Of a stretch of 64,000 bases of DNA, positions 32,135 to 41,136 are shown in pieces. The notes under the pieces are model-generated. The model was not told the DNA's origin, made no database searches, and saw only the letters and a program-made list of their open reading frames with translations. The position numbers and the translations under genes are program-made. Source of the DNA: Sulfurovum sp. (GTDB taxonomy: Bacteria; Campylobacterota; Campylobacteria; Campylobacterales; Sulfurovaceae); contig NVVN01000004.1 in assembly GCA_002733355.1 (NCBI GenBank), positions 1 through 64,000 on the forward strand, in the 5' to 3' direction. Positions within the stretch are counted from its first letter, which is position 1; the number at the start of each line of letters is the position of its first letter.

Positions 32135-33883
32135 ATGAAAAGTCATTTTACCCATTTTGGAGAATTGTACCGTTTTTTAGAAAGTCAGCCTTCTAAAGAA
32201 GAGTTTTTACACCATCGTACGAAGCATACATATAAAAACTTTTCAAAAGATACATTTCTTACTACAGTCAAATACCTTGCTTTGTCTTTTCACCAAAAAG
32301 GATGGGAAGGTAAACAGATTGCTATAGCTGTTTCACCTTCTCCTTATTGGCTCATGATTGACTATGCACTGATGATAGCTGGTGCTGTTTCTGTTCCTCT
32401 TTTTACAAACATATCTTCTAAAAATTTACATTTTCAAATCTTGGATGCGTCTATTCACACAGCTTTTATAGAAAATAAAGAGCAAGAAGAGATTATCCAT
32501 AAGGCAGAAGAAAGCGTGGAGACTATCTATCTTTTAGAACATGTCTCTGGGCATCATTCTTGTGATGACTATGTTAAAGAGGGAAAAAAGATACACAAAG
32601 AGGACAATGCTTTGTTCGACACACTTATAGCGCGTATAAAAGCTGAAGATTTGGCGACTATTGTTTACACATCTGGTACATCTGGTACTCCTAAAGGGGT
32701 AGAGTTAACACATCAAAATCTTATCTCTCAGATACACGCTACAGCTCAGAATTATCATTTCGATAGACAGACAGATATTGCTTTTTCTTTTTTACCTTTG
32801 GCACATATTTTTGAACGTATGGTCATGCACTTTTATCTTTCACAGGAATTGACAGTTTATTTTGCAGATGATGTGCAAAATGTTGGCGTACTTTTAAAAG
32901 AGGTAAATCCAACAGTGATGACTGTGGTACCAAGACTTTTAGAAAAAGTATTTTTCAAGATGAAACTCAAAGCAATGCAAGGGAGTATCATTAAAAAAGC
33001 CTTGGTCTCTCTAGCCTTTTACAGAGCAACGACGAAAAATCCGTATGCTAAGTTGAATTTTGTAGATAAGATGTTAGATAAGCTGGTATATACAAAACTT
33101 CGTGTGGCTTTAGGCGCAAGAATGCGTATGATGATTTCTGGGGGTGCGGCACTTTCAGATATGTTATATAAATTTTACATGAACATAGGGATTCCCCTCT
33201 ATCAAGGCTATGGACTCACAGAATCCAGCCCAGTCATATGTTCCAACACTCCCCAAGCAAATAAAATAGGCACATGTGGAAAAGCTTTTCCTGGTGTTGA
33301 AGTAAAGATAAGTGAGGAAGGGGAACTGCTTGCACGTGGTGCAAATATCATGCTGGGGTATCATAACAATGAAGTGGTGACAGCTGAAACGATAGACAAC
33401 GAAGGGTGGCTATATACTGGTGATTTAGCAAAGATAGACGATGAAGGGTTTATTACCATAACTGGGCGTAAAAAAGAACTTTTTAAAACATCTACAGGTA
33501 AATATGTCTCTTCTGTGCACATAGAGCAAAAGCTTGTGAGTAATGGGTGGTTTGAACATGCACTTATTGTAGGTAATGCTAGACCTTTTGTTGTGGCACT
33601 TCTTTTTGTTGAGCCTGGTTTTTTAGAACATATGGCTANTAAATTGAATATGTCTCCCAATGAAGCATTAGATTCACTAAAGCTTAGAAAAATGAGTGAA
33701 AAATTTATTAAAGTATTAAATAATAAGTTGAACCATTGGGAGAAGATACGNGCATTTAAACTGCTTGAAAATACACTAAGTATAGAAAATGGTGAACTAA
33801 CACCTTCTATGAAACTGGCAAAAAAACATTTGATGGAACATTATGAGAATGAGATAGAAGAGATGTATAAGGGGCACATATGA
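32135..33883 (+). CDS. fadD: long-chain fatty acid-CoA ligase (AMP-dependent; FadD/RpfB-like activity)
   Basis: YTSGTSGTPKG, FLPLAHIFER, QGYGLTE, GWLYTGD, GRKKE. Confidence 0.88.
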   Translation: MKSHFTHFGELYRFLESQPSKEEFLHHRTKHTYKNFSKDTFLTTVKYLALSFHQKGWEGKQIAIAVSPSPYWLMIDYALMIAGAVSVPLFTNISSKNLHFQILDASIHTAFIENKEQEEIIHKAEESVETIYLLEHVSGHHSCDDYVKEGKKIHKEDNALFDTLIARIKAEDLATIVYTSGTSGTPKGVELTHQNLISQIHATAQNYHFDRQTDIAFSFLPLAHIFERMVMHFYLSQELTVYFADDVQNVGVLLKEVNPTVMTVVPRLLEKVFFKMKLKAMQGSIIKKALVSLAFYRATTKNPYAKLNFVDKMLDKLVYTKLRVALGARMRMMISGGAALSDMLYKFYMNIGIPLYQGYGLTESSPVICSNTPQANKIGTCGKAFPGVEVKISEEGELLARGANIMLGYHNNEVVTAETIDNEGWLYTGDLAKIDDEGFITITGRKKELFKTSTGKYVSSVHIEQKLVSNGWFEHALIVGNARPFVVALLFVEPGFLEHMAXKLNMSPNEALDSLKLRKMSEKFIKVLNNKLNHWEKIXAFKLLENTLSIENGELTPSMKLAKKHLMEHYENEIEEMYKGHI

Positions 33884-35199
33884 AAATGAAATATAAAAAT
33901 AACAGTACAAAAAAAGAACGTATTGCTATAGTATCAGCGTTACGTACACCCATGTCAAAAATGGGTGGGAAGTTTAAGCACATGCAAGCTGATCAGCTCG
34001 GTGCAGTGTTATTTCGTGAATTGATGATGCAGTCTTCTGTAAATGTAGAAGAAGTAGATGAAGTCATCATTGGTAATGTGGCTCAGCCCATTCATGCAGC
34101 TAACATTGCAAGGGTTATAGCCTTGCGTGCAGGATTTCCCGAGAGTACACCTGCTTTGACAGTACATAGAAACTGTGCGTCAGGTATGGAGTCCATTACG
34201 ACTGCAGCATCACGNATNTATGCAGGNGAAGGAAAAATTTATGTTTGTGGTGGGGTGGAATCAATGTCAAATATTCCTTTAGTCTATAGTGAAAAGATGA
34301 CAGGATTGTTTACAAAACTAGCCAGATCAAAAACAGCACTTGATAAAGTACGAACCCTCTTTGGCTTTAGACCAAGTTTTTTAAAACCTATCATAGGACT
34401 TATGTCCGGACTTACTGACCCTGTAAGTGGTTTGATTATGGGGAATACTGCGGAAGTATTGGCACAAGACTTTGGTATAAGCAGAGGGGAACAAGATGCT
34501 TTCTCTTTAGCCTCTCACCAAAAAGCACAAAAAGCAAAAGAATCAGGACGCTTTTCTTTAGAGAGTATGGCTCTTGTGTATGATGTGCATGATGGAGAGT
34601 ACTTAGACTATGACGATGGTATACGCGAGAGTCAAACCATNGAAAAACTTGCTCGTCTACGACCATTTTTTGACCGTAAAAATGGGACAGTTACAGCAGG
34701 GAACTCTTCACAAATTACTGACGCAGCAGCTGGTGTAGTGTTGATGAGTGAGAGTGATGCAAAAGAGCGTGGGTTAGAGCCTTTGGGATATTTACGAGAC
34801 TATGCTTATGAGGGATTAGAGCCTAAACGTATGGGGCTTGGTCCTGTGTTTGCTACACATAAACTTTTTAAACAAACAGGCTTGAATATGGAGGACATGG
34901 AGATAGTCGAAATCAACGAAGCTTTTGCGGCACAAGTCATCGCGTGCGAGAGGGCTTTTGCCTCAGATGCATTTGCTAAAACACATTTCGGAGAAGACAA
35001 AGCAGTAGGTGCCATAAATCCAGAGATACTCAATGTAAATGGTGGAGCCATAGCACTAGGTCACCCAGTAGGGATGACAGGAACGAGACTTGTGTTAACG
35101 GTACTACACGAACTTCGAGAGCGTGGATTACAACGAGGCTTAGCAACTCTGTGTATAGGTGGTGGGCAAGGTGCTGCACTACTACTGGAGGTAGAGTGA
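33880..35199 (+). CDS. fadI: 3-ketoacyl-CoA thiolase (FadI/FadA-like)
   Basis: NCASG, NEAFA, GHPVGMTG, LCIGGGQG. Confidence 0.9.
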   Translation: MKMKYKNNSTKKERIAIVSALRTPMSKMGGKFKHMQADQLGAVLFRELMMQSSVNVEEVDEVIIGNVAQPIHAANIARVIALRAGFPESTPALTVHRNCASGMESITTAASXXYAXEGKIYVCGGVESMSNIPLVYSEKMTGLFTKLARSKTALDKVRTLFGFRPSFLKPIIGLMSGLTDPVSGLIMGNTAEVLAQDFGISRGEQDAFSLASHQKAQKAKESGRFSLESMALVYDVHDGEYLDYDDGIRESQTXEKLARLRPFFDRKNGTVTAGNSSQITDAAAGVVLMSESDAKERGLEPLGYLRDYAYEGLEPKRMGLGPVFATHKLFKQTGLNMEDMEIVEINEAFAAQVIACERAFASDAFAKTHFGEDKAVGAINPEILNVNGGAIALGHPVGMTGTRLVLTVLHELRERGLQRGLATLCIGGGQGAALLLEVE

Positions 35200-37310
35200 T
35201 GAAATATTTTAATTATGAAATAGATGAACTAGGCATTACTACTTTAACATTTGATACACCAAACTCAGCAGTGAATGTACTCTGTTTTGATGCACTGTAT
35301 GAACTAGAACAACTGCTAGTAGAACTAAGAGCAGATAAAAGCATTAAAGCATTGTTTATAGAGAGTGCTAAACGTGGCATTTTTATAGCAGGTGCAGACA
35401 TTAAAGANATAAAAGCATTTAAAGACAGTGNNGANACNGTNAAAAANTTACAACATGGGCAAGAGATATTTAATAACTTAGAGACACTTCCTTTTGCTAC
35501 TGTAGCAGTCATAGATGGTGTATGTCTGGGGGGTGGACTTGAACTTGCGATGGCTTGTACCTATCGCATAGCTACCAATGATGAGCATACACGTATAGGG
35601 CTACCAGAAGTAAGCCTAGGTATCATCCCTGGTCTGGGAGGTACGCAGAGGCTACCACTTTTAGTAGGGTTTACCAAAGCCATAGAACTCATCACCGCTT
35701 CTAAACGGCTCAAAGGTGATAAGGCACTAAAACTTGGGCTTGTAGATGCCTCAGTGCCTTCAGGATATCTAGGCTTTAAAAAAGAGGAGTATGTTAAAGA
35801 GATACTCGCAGGTACATTAGAAAAGACAGTGGCTAAAAGACGAAAAGGTCTTAAATGGTATGAAAACCTTGCACCGGTTAAGTCACTCATAGCGAAGATG
35901 GCACGTAAAGAAGTGTTGAAAAAGACAGGAGGGCATTACCCTGCACCCCTAAGTGCCATAGATGTACTAGAAGAGACAGTAACGCAGTCACTAGAAGATG
36001 GGNTAAAGGTAGAACTTGAAGCTTTTGAGCCGCTTGCGACTAGCGACATCTCTAAAAACCTCATAGAACTTTTCTTTACTTCAGAAGCCTTAAAAAAAGA
36101 GACATTTTCAAAAGGGAAAGCCAAAGACATAGAAAGTACTGCAGTGATAGGTGTAGGTACAATGGGNTCAGGCATTGCTTGGGCTTTAGCACATAAAGAC
36201 ATACCAGTAAGACTAGGTGCACGTAAGATGTCTAGCATTGCAAGAGCGATGGCCAAAATGATGAAAAGTTTTGAGAGCATCAAACGGCGTGGACGCTTGA
36301 CTGAACGTGAAATAGGGCTTAAGATGGATAGGGTAACACATACGACAAGCATGGAAGGCTTGGAGGGTATGGACATTGTGCTTGAAGCCGTGAGTGAAGA
36401 CCCAAATATCAAACAAAAAGTTTTTGCAGACTTGGAGGCAAAGGTCGGTAAAGAGACTATCATCGCTACCAATACATCCTCTATCAACATTACTTCTTTA
36501 GCACAAGATACACAACACCCAGAACGTTTTGTAGGGATGCATTTTTTTAACCCTGTGCAGAAAATGCCACTGGTAGAAATTATCGCTGGGGAGCAGACGA
36601 ATGAAGAGACTGTGGCAAGTGTCGTAAAATTGGCAAAAAGACTGGGTAAAACACCTATAAAAGTAAGTGAATGTGCAGGGTTTTTGGTCAATCGTACTTT
36701 GCTTCCATACTTGAACGAAGCAGCCAAGATGTTCGAAGAGGGTGAAAATGTGGAGCAGATAGACAAAATACTCACAGGTTTTGGTATGCCTATNGGTCCT
36801 TTTACCTTGGCTGATGAGGTAGGCATAGATATTGGCGATAAAGTCTCTAGTATACTTTATGAAGCCTATGGTGAACGTATGAAACCCTCAGTTTTACTAG
36901 CGCAAATGACAGACAAAGAATGGCTAGGTAAAAAAACAGGTACAGGCTTTTACACCCATAAAGGTAAAGCAAAAGCACACAACGACCAGATAGGTGAACT
37001 ACACACCTCAAACTCAACCTTAGAGGATAGTACCATACTAGACAGAGCCATACTCATCATGGTAAACGAAGCTGCACGGTGTTTGGAAGAAGGCGTNGTA
37101 GATAACGCACGATATTTAGACATGGCGATGGTTATGGGTACAGGTTTTCCTGCATTTAGAGGTGGTATCTTACGTTACGCAGATGCTGAGGGTTTAGAGA
37201 ATATTGTGAAAAGATTAAAAGATTTAGAAGTAAAATACGGTGAACGCTTTGCTCCTGCAAATTTACTTGTGGTACTCGCGAGTGAGAATAAGACTTTTTA
37301 TAAAGAGTAA
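35199..37310 (+). CDS. fadJ: multifunctional beta-oxidation enzyme alpha subunit (enoyl-CoA hydratase/3-hydroxyacyl-CoA dehydrogenase)
   Basis: FIAGADI, CLGGGLE, LPEV.LG..PG.GGTQRLP, GVGTMxSG, TNTSS, GMHFFNP, GFLVNR; TGATG overlap with thiolase. Confidence 0.9.
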   Translation: MKYFNYEIDELGITTLTFDTPNSAVNVLCFDALYELEQLLVELRADKSIKALFIESAKRGIFIAGADIKXIKAFKDSXXXXKXLQHGQEIFNNLETLPFATVAVIDGVCLGGGLELAMACTYRIATNDEHTRIGLPEVSLGIIPGLGGTQRLPLLVGFTKAIELITASKRLKGDKALKLGLVDASVPSGYLGFKKEEYVKEILAGTLEKTVAKRRKGLKWYENLAPVKSLIAKMARKEVLKKTGGHYPAPLSAIDVLEETVTQSLEDGXKVELEAFEPLATSDISKNLIELFFTSEALKKETFSKGKAKDIESTAVIGVGTMXSGIAWALAHKDIPVRLGARKMSSIARAMAKMMKSFESIKRRGRLTEREIGLKMDRVTHTTSMEGLEGMDIVLEAVSEDPNIKQKVFADLEAKVGKETIIATNTSSINITSLAQDTQHPERFVGMHFFNPVQKMPLVEIIAGEQTNEETVASVVKLAKRLGKTPIKVSECAGFLVNRTLLPYLNEAAKMFEEGENVEQIDKILTGFGMPXGPFTLADEVGIDIGDKVSSILYEAYGERMKPSVLLAQMTDKEWLGKKTGTGFYTHKGKAKAHNDQIGELHTSNSTLEDSTILDRAILIMVNEAARCLEEGXVDNARYLDMAMVMGTGFPAFRGGILRYADAEGLENIVKRLKDLEVKYGERFAPANLLVVLASENKTFYKE

Positions 37311-37655
37311 CATTACTCATCCCTTAGCATTATTTGCAGGTAGAGGGTATGAGAGCATTGAGTTTTGTAAGATAATTAAACGTACTACACACCTATTGCA
37401 CAGCTACTAAGTTATCTTAAATAGATATACATGCTAGGAGAGTTNTTTTANCTTTCTGTACCTCTGAAAACTTGGTTTGTGGCTCTGAGTGCATTTTTAC
37501 TTGACACTGAGAGCTGGGATGATGTGGTGGGTACTTTCAGGGGTANNTNNANNTGTTTNTTNNNTANNNNTNNNANNNTNNNAANANNNTNNNNNNTNNN
37601 NTTNNNACNNNANNAANTTANNNTTNNNCNNTANNNNNAACNNNTNANNGTATCT

Positions 37656-38546
37656 TTATTCAAAAAAGTCATTGTCAAGTTCTTTTATTTCATAAATAGT
37701 TTTCACTTGAACTCCAACTTTGTATTGATACATTAAATTTACTAGTTGAACCCCATCAATTAAGATTATTGAATGATGTGCTTCTCTTGCTTTTTTAACT
37801 GCAGCATTATCGAAAGTTGATGTTGTAATAAAAACACCTTTACTAGTATCTCCACTCATAGCTCCTATGAAATTTCTTATATCTTTTTCACGAACTTTAT
37901 TTTCATTATAGCGTTTTGCCTGAGTATAAATTTTTTCAAGTCCTAGTTTATCCTCATTGATAATTCCATCAATTCCACCATCACCTGATTTTGGAGTTTC
38001 AATAAAATCTCCGTATCCCATACTTTTAAGAAGAATAAGAATTACTTTTTCAAAATAATAAGGATCAATTTCTTTTAATTTTTCTAATAATTCACTTTTC
38101 ACTTCAGTCTCAATTATTGAAAATCCTGAATCAATCAAGTCTTGAGGGGAAGCATTTTCTACATCGACTGTATCAAGTTCTATGTCATTTTCTTTTTTAC
38201 TTTTAACAGATTCTCTATGATTTTTAAAGTCTTGGTCGTTTTGAAGGTCTATTAACGACAACTTTCCTGTTTTTAAAGTTAGTTTTCCTTTATCTGTAAT
38301 CTGTACTATTCCTCTTGTAGGGTACGAAACAAATTTTGCCATTTTTAGATAAGATTTACCCCAAAGAATTCTATCAATTAAAACATTAGCTCCAGAGCTT
38401 GTCTTTTGATTAAGCAGCTCTTTCGGTAAATCAGAATAATAATTCTGAAGAACCTTAGATGCTAGGTCTCTGCTACTTATTGACTCTATCGTATTTAAAG
38501 TTTCTAATATTGGAATAAATGTTTCATGATATTTTGGTATTTCCAT
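37656..38546 (-). CDS. mrr: Mrr-family type IV restriction endonuclease
   Basis: N-terminal winged helix (IPKY...DRILWGKSYL..A......RG...IT..G); catalytic GDGGIDGII..D.LG...IY.QAKRY; KGVFITTS.F; AT-rich. Confidence 0.92.
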   Translation of the reverse strand: MEIPKYHETFIPILETLNTIESISSRDLASKVLQNYYSDLPKELLNQKTSSGANVLIDRILWGKSYLKMAKFVSYPTRGIVQITDKGKLTLKTGKLSLIDLQNDQDFKNHRESVKSKKENDIELDTVDVENASPQDLIDSGFSIIETEVKSELLEKLKEIDPYYFEKVILILLKSMGYGDFIETPKSGDGGIDGIINEDKLGLEKIYTQAKRYNENKVREKDIRNFIGAMSGDTSKGVFITTSTFDNAAVKKAREAHHSIILIDGVQLVNLMYQYKVGVQVKTIYEIKELDNDFFE

Positions 38547-38784
38547 ATGGTTTCCTCTTCACTGTGACTAACTCTTTATTAGCAGATACATGTCCCATTA
38601 GTATGTTATTCTAGTATTAAAAGTATACAAAAAATATCCGACTATTGCATTAAATCAGCATAGACTAAATTTTATATATCAAAGCAGTTAATTGTAATTA
38701 TTCGTAATCTCCTCCTACATACTCCACACCAACCCCACACCCAAAAAGCTATCATAAAATATAAATATATTTAGGAGGCACAAC

Positions 38785-41136
38785 ATGGGACTTCTACTCT
38801 TACTCATCGTAGCTATAGCATTGGCATATTTTTCTGCTCCACTCTGGGCTTGGTTTGTGGTTTTTGCTCTGTTTTTAGTGGGTTGTGGTGCATCGTGGCT
38901 ATGGTTTGTGCCTCTTGTGGTAGTGGGTGGGGTACTTTTGCATAAGCCCACACGTGTCAAACTCATCACTCAAAACCTCTTTAACCTCATAGAAAAAAAA
39001 GGTCTGCTTCCTAAGATCTCAGAGACTGAGAAAACAGCGCTTAGAGCTGGTGATGTGTGGGTGGAAGGGGAGCTTTTTTCTGGGAAACCTGACTTCAAAA
39101 AAATCTTTGCAAATCCTTATCCTGTACTTAGCAAAGAAGAACAAGCCTTNGTAGACAATGAAGTGAATGTTGTGTGTGCTATGACTTCTGACTGGGAGGT
39201 ATTTGAAAGTAGAGACTTGTCTAAAGAAGTATGGGCATACCTCAAAGAGAAGAAGTTCTTTGGGATGATAATACCTAAAGAGTATGGAGGGTTAGGGTTT
39301 TCTGCGTATGGACATTCTTGTGTCATAGAAAAACTGGCTTCCCACTCTCAGGTACTTGCCATAACNGTGATGGTACCTAATTCACTTGGTCCTGCGGAGT
39401 TACTTTTACATTATGGACTTGATACACAAAAAAAACACTACCTACCTAGACTAGCAGATGGGCGTGATATCCCTTGTTTTGCACTCACTGAACCTGAAGC
39501 AGGTTCAGATGCAGGGGCTATACGGTCTGAAGGAGTGGTATTTAAAGATGAAAATGGCGAAGTAAAGATACGTCTTAACTTTGAAAAACGTTACATCACG
39601 CTCTCTTCCATTGCTACAGTCATAGGACTTGCCTTTGTCCTCAAAGACCCTGAAAAACTTTTATGGAAAGGGGAAGATTGGGGTATTACCTGTGCCTTAG
39701 TAGATGCGAAACTTGAAGGTGTAGACCAAACTCGTAGACACGACCCTCTAGGTGTGCCATTTGTCAATGCACCACTCCTGGGTAAAGATGTCATCATCAG
39801 CATAGACGATGTCATCGGAGGAGAGTCAGGACTTGGGTGTGGATGGCGTATGCTTATGGAGTCGCTTGCTGTAGGACGTGGCATCTCACTTCCTAGTACC
39901 AGTACAGGTGGTTCTAAACTTGCTACTTACGTGGCAGCGACATACTCTGTGGTACGCTACCAGTTTGGGCTTAGCATCGCTAAGTTTGAAGGAGTTGCAG
40001 AAGTGTTGGGTCGTCTGGGTGCAAGTACTTACATGCTTGATGCGGCTAAAACCTTTACGCTTGGGGCTATCAATGCAGGTGAAAAGCCTGCGGTTGCCAA
40101 TGCCATCATGAAGTACCAAAGTACAGAGATGTTTAGAAAAAACGTCATCGATGCGATGGACATACAAGGGGGAGCTGCCATAAGTAGAGGCCCTCGAAAC
40201 TTGTTGGCTCATGCATATTTTGGTGCACCTGTTGCCATCACGGTAGAAGGTGCGAACATTATGACGCGAACGCTCATTATGTTCGGACAGGGGATGATAC
40301 GTTGCCACCCTTATGCCTATGCCGAAATAGAAGCACTAGAAGCTGGAGACGTGAAAGCCTTTGATGATTTACTTTTTTCACACATAGGACATGTCGTACG
40401 TAATAAAGTAAGAGCATTTGTTTTAGGTATGAGTAGAGGTTACGCCCACATTCCTAGTAGTAAAGGGGTAGCAGGCAGATATGAACAAAAGCTAGCATGG
40501 GCTTCTGCAAAGTTTGCTTTTCTTTCAGATGTTGCTTTAGGACTCATGGGGGCAAGCTTGAAACGAAGAGAGTCAGTCTCAGGTCGTTTTGGGGATATAC
40601 TGGCTCAAATGTATTTCATCACGGCGGCACTTAAACGTTATGAGCAAGAGGGTAGTAAAGAGAGTGATGTAGTTTTTTTAGAAGTGGCTGTAGAAGATGC
40701 TTTCGGAAAAATAGACATTGCTTTTAGAGGGATATTGAAAAATCTTATACCAGGAGAAATGGGTTTTCCATTTAGAATACTAGGCTATATGTCACGTATC
40801 AATCCTATGGGTAAAACCATTAAAGATACCTCTTTGCATCAGATAGCAAAAACCTTGACAGAAGATGATACTGTAAGAGAAAGCATATGTCATAACATCT
40901 ATAAAGGGGAGAGGCAGATACAACTGTTAGAAGCAACACACGCGATGCAAGAAGTAAAAGCAATACTGGGTAAAGAAAAAAATGGTGAACGTTTGACAGA
41001 AGGTGAAAAAAGACAGCTAACTTATACTAGAGAGTTACAGCGTGAGATTATCACTGTAGATTCATTTTTACATGATGAGTATTTTTATAAACAGCAGACA
41101 TCTAATCAAACAAATTCTAAAAAGAGTGATACATGA
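38785..41136 (+). CDS. fadE: acyl-CoA dehydrogenase FadE
   Basis: N-terminal TM, ISETE..AL.AG.VW.EGELF.G.PD, VMVPNSLGPAELL, CFALTEPEAGSDA, ITVEGANI.TR. Confidence 0.92.
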   Translation: MGLLLLLIVAIALAYFSAPLWAWFVVFALFLVGCGASWLWFVPLVVVGGVLLHKPTRVKLITQNLFNLIEKKGLLPKISETEKTALRAGDVWVEGELFSGKPDFKKIFANPYPVLSKEEQAXVDNEVNVVCAMTSDWEVFESRDLSKEVWAYLKEKKFFGMIIPKEYGGLGFSAYGHSCVIEKLASHSQVLAIXVMVPNSLGPAELLLHYGLDTQKKHYLPRLADGRDIPCFALTEPEAGSDAGAIRSEGVVFKDENGEVKIRLNFEKRYITLSSIATVIGLAFVLKDPEKLLWKGEDWGITCALVDAKLEGVDQTRRHDPLGVPFVNAPLLGKDVIISIDDVIGGESGLGCGWRMLMESLAVGRGISLPSTSTGGSKLATYVAATYSVVRYQFGLSIAKFEGVAEVLGRLGASTYMLDAAKTFTLGAINAGEKPAVANAIMKYQSTEMFRKNVIDAMDIQGGAAISRGPRNLLAHAYFGAPVAITVEGANIMTRTLIMFGQGMIRCHPYAYAEIEALEAGDVKAFDDLLFSHIGHVVRNKVRAFVLGMSRGYAHIPSSKGVAGRYEQKLAWASAKFAFLSDVALGLMGASLKRRESVSGRFGDILAQMYFITAALKRYEQEGSKESDVVFLEVAVEDAFGKIDIAFRGILKNLIPGEMGFPFRILGYMSRINPMGKTIKDTSLHQIAKTLTEDDTVRESICHNIYKGERQIQLLEATHAMQEVKAILGKEKNGERLTEGEKRQLTYTRELQREIITVDSFLHDEYFYKQQTSNQTNSKKSDT

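Noticed and set aside
37431..37736. Short ORFs downstream of mrr
   Set aside because: Mostly Ns; the frames are open only because stops are masked.
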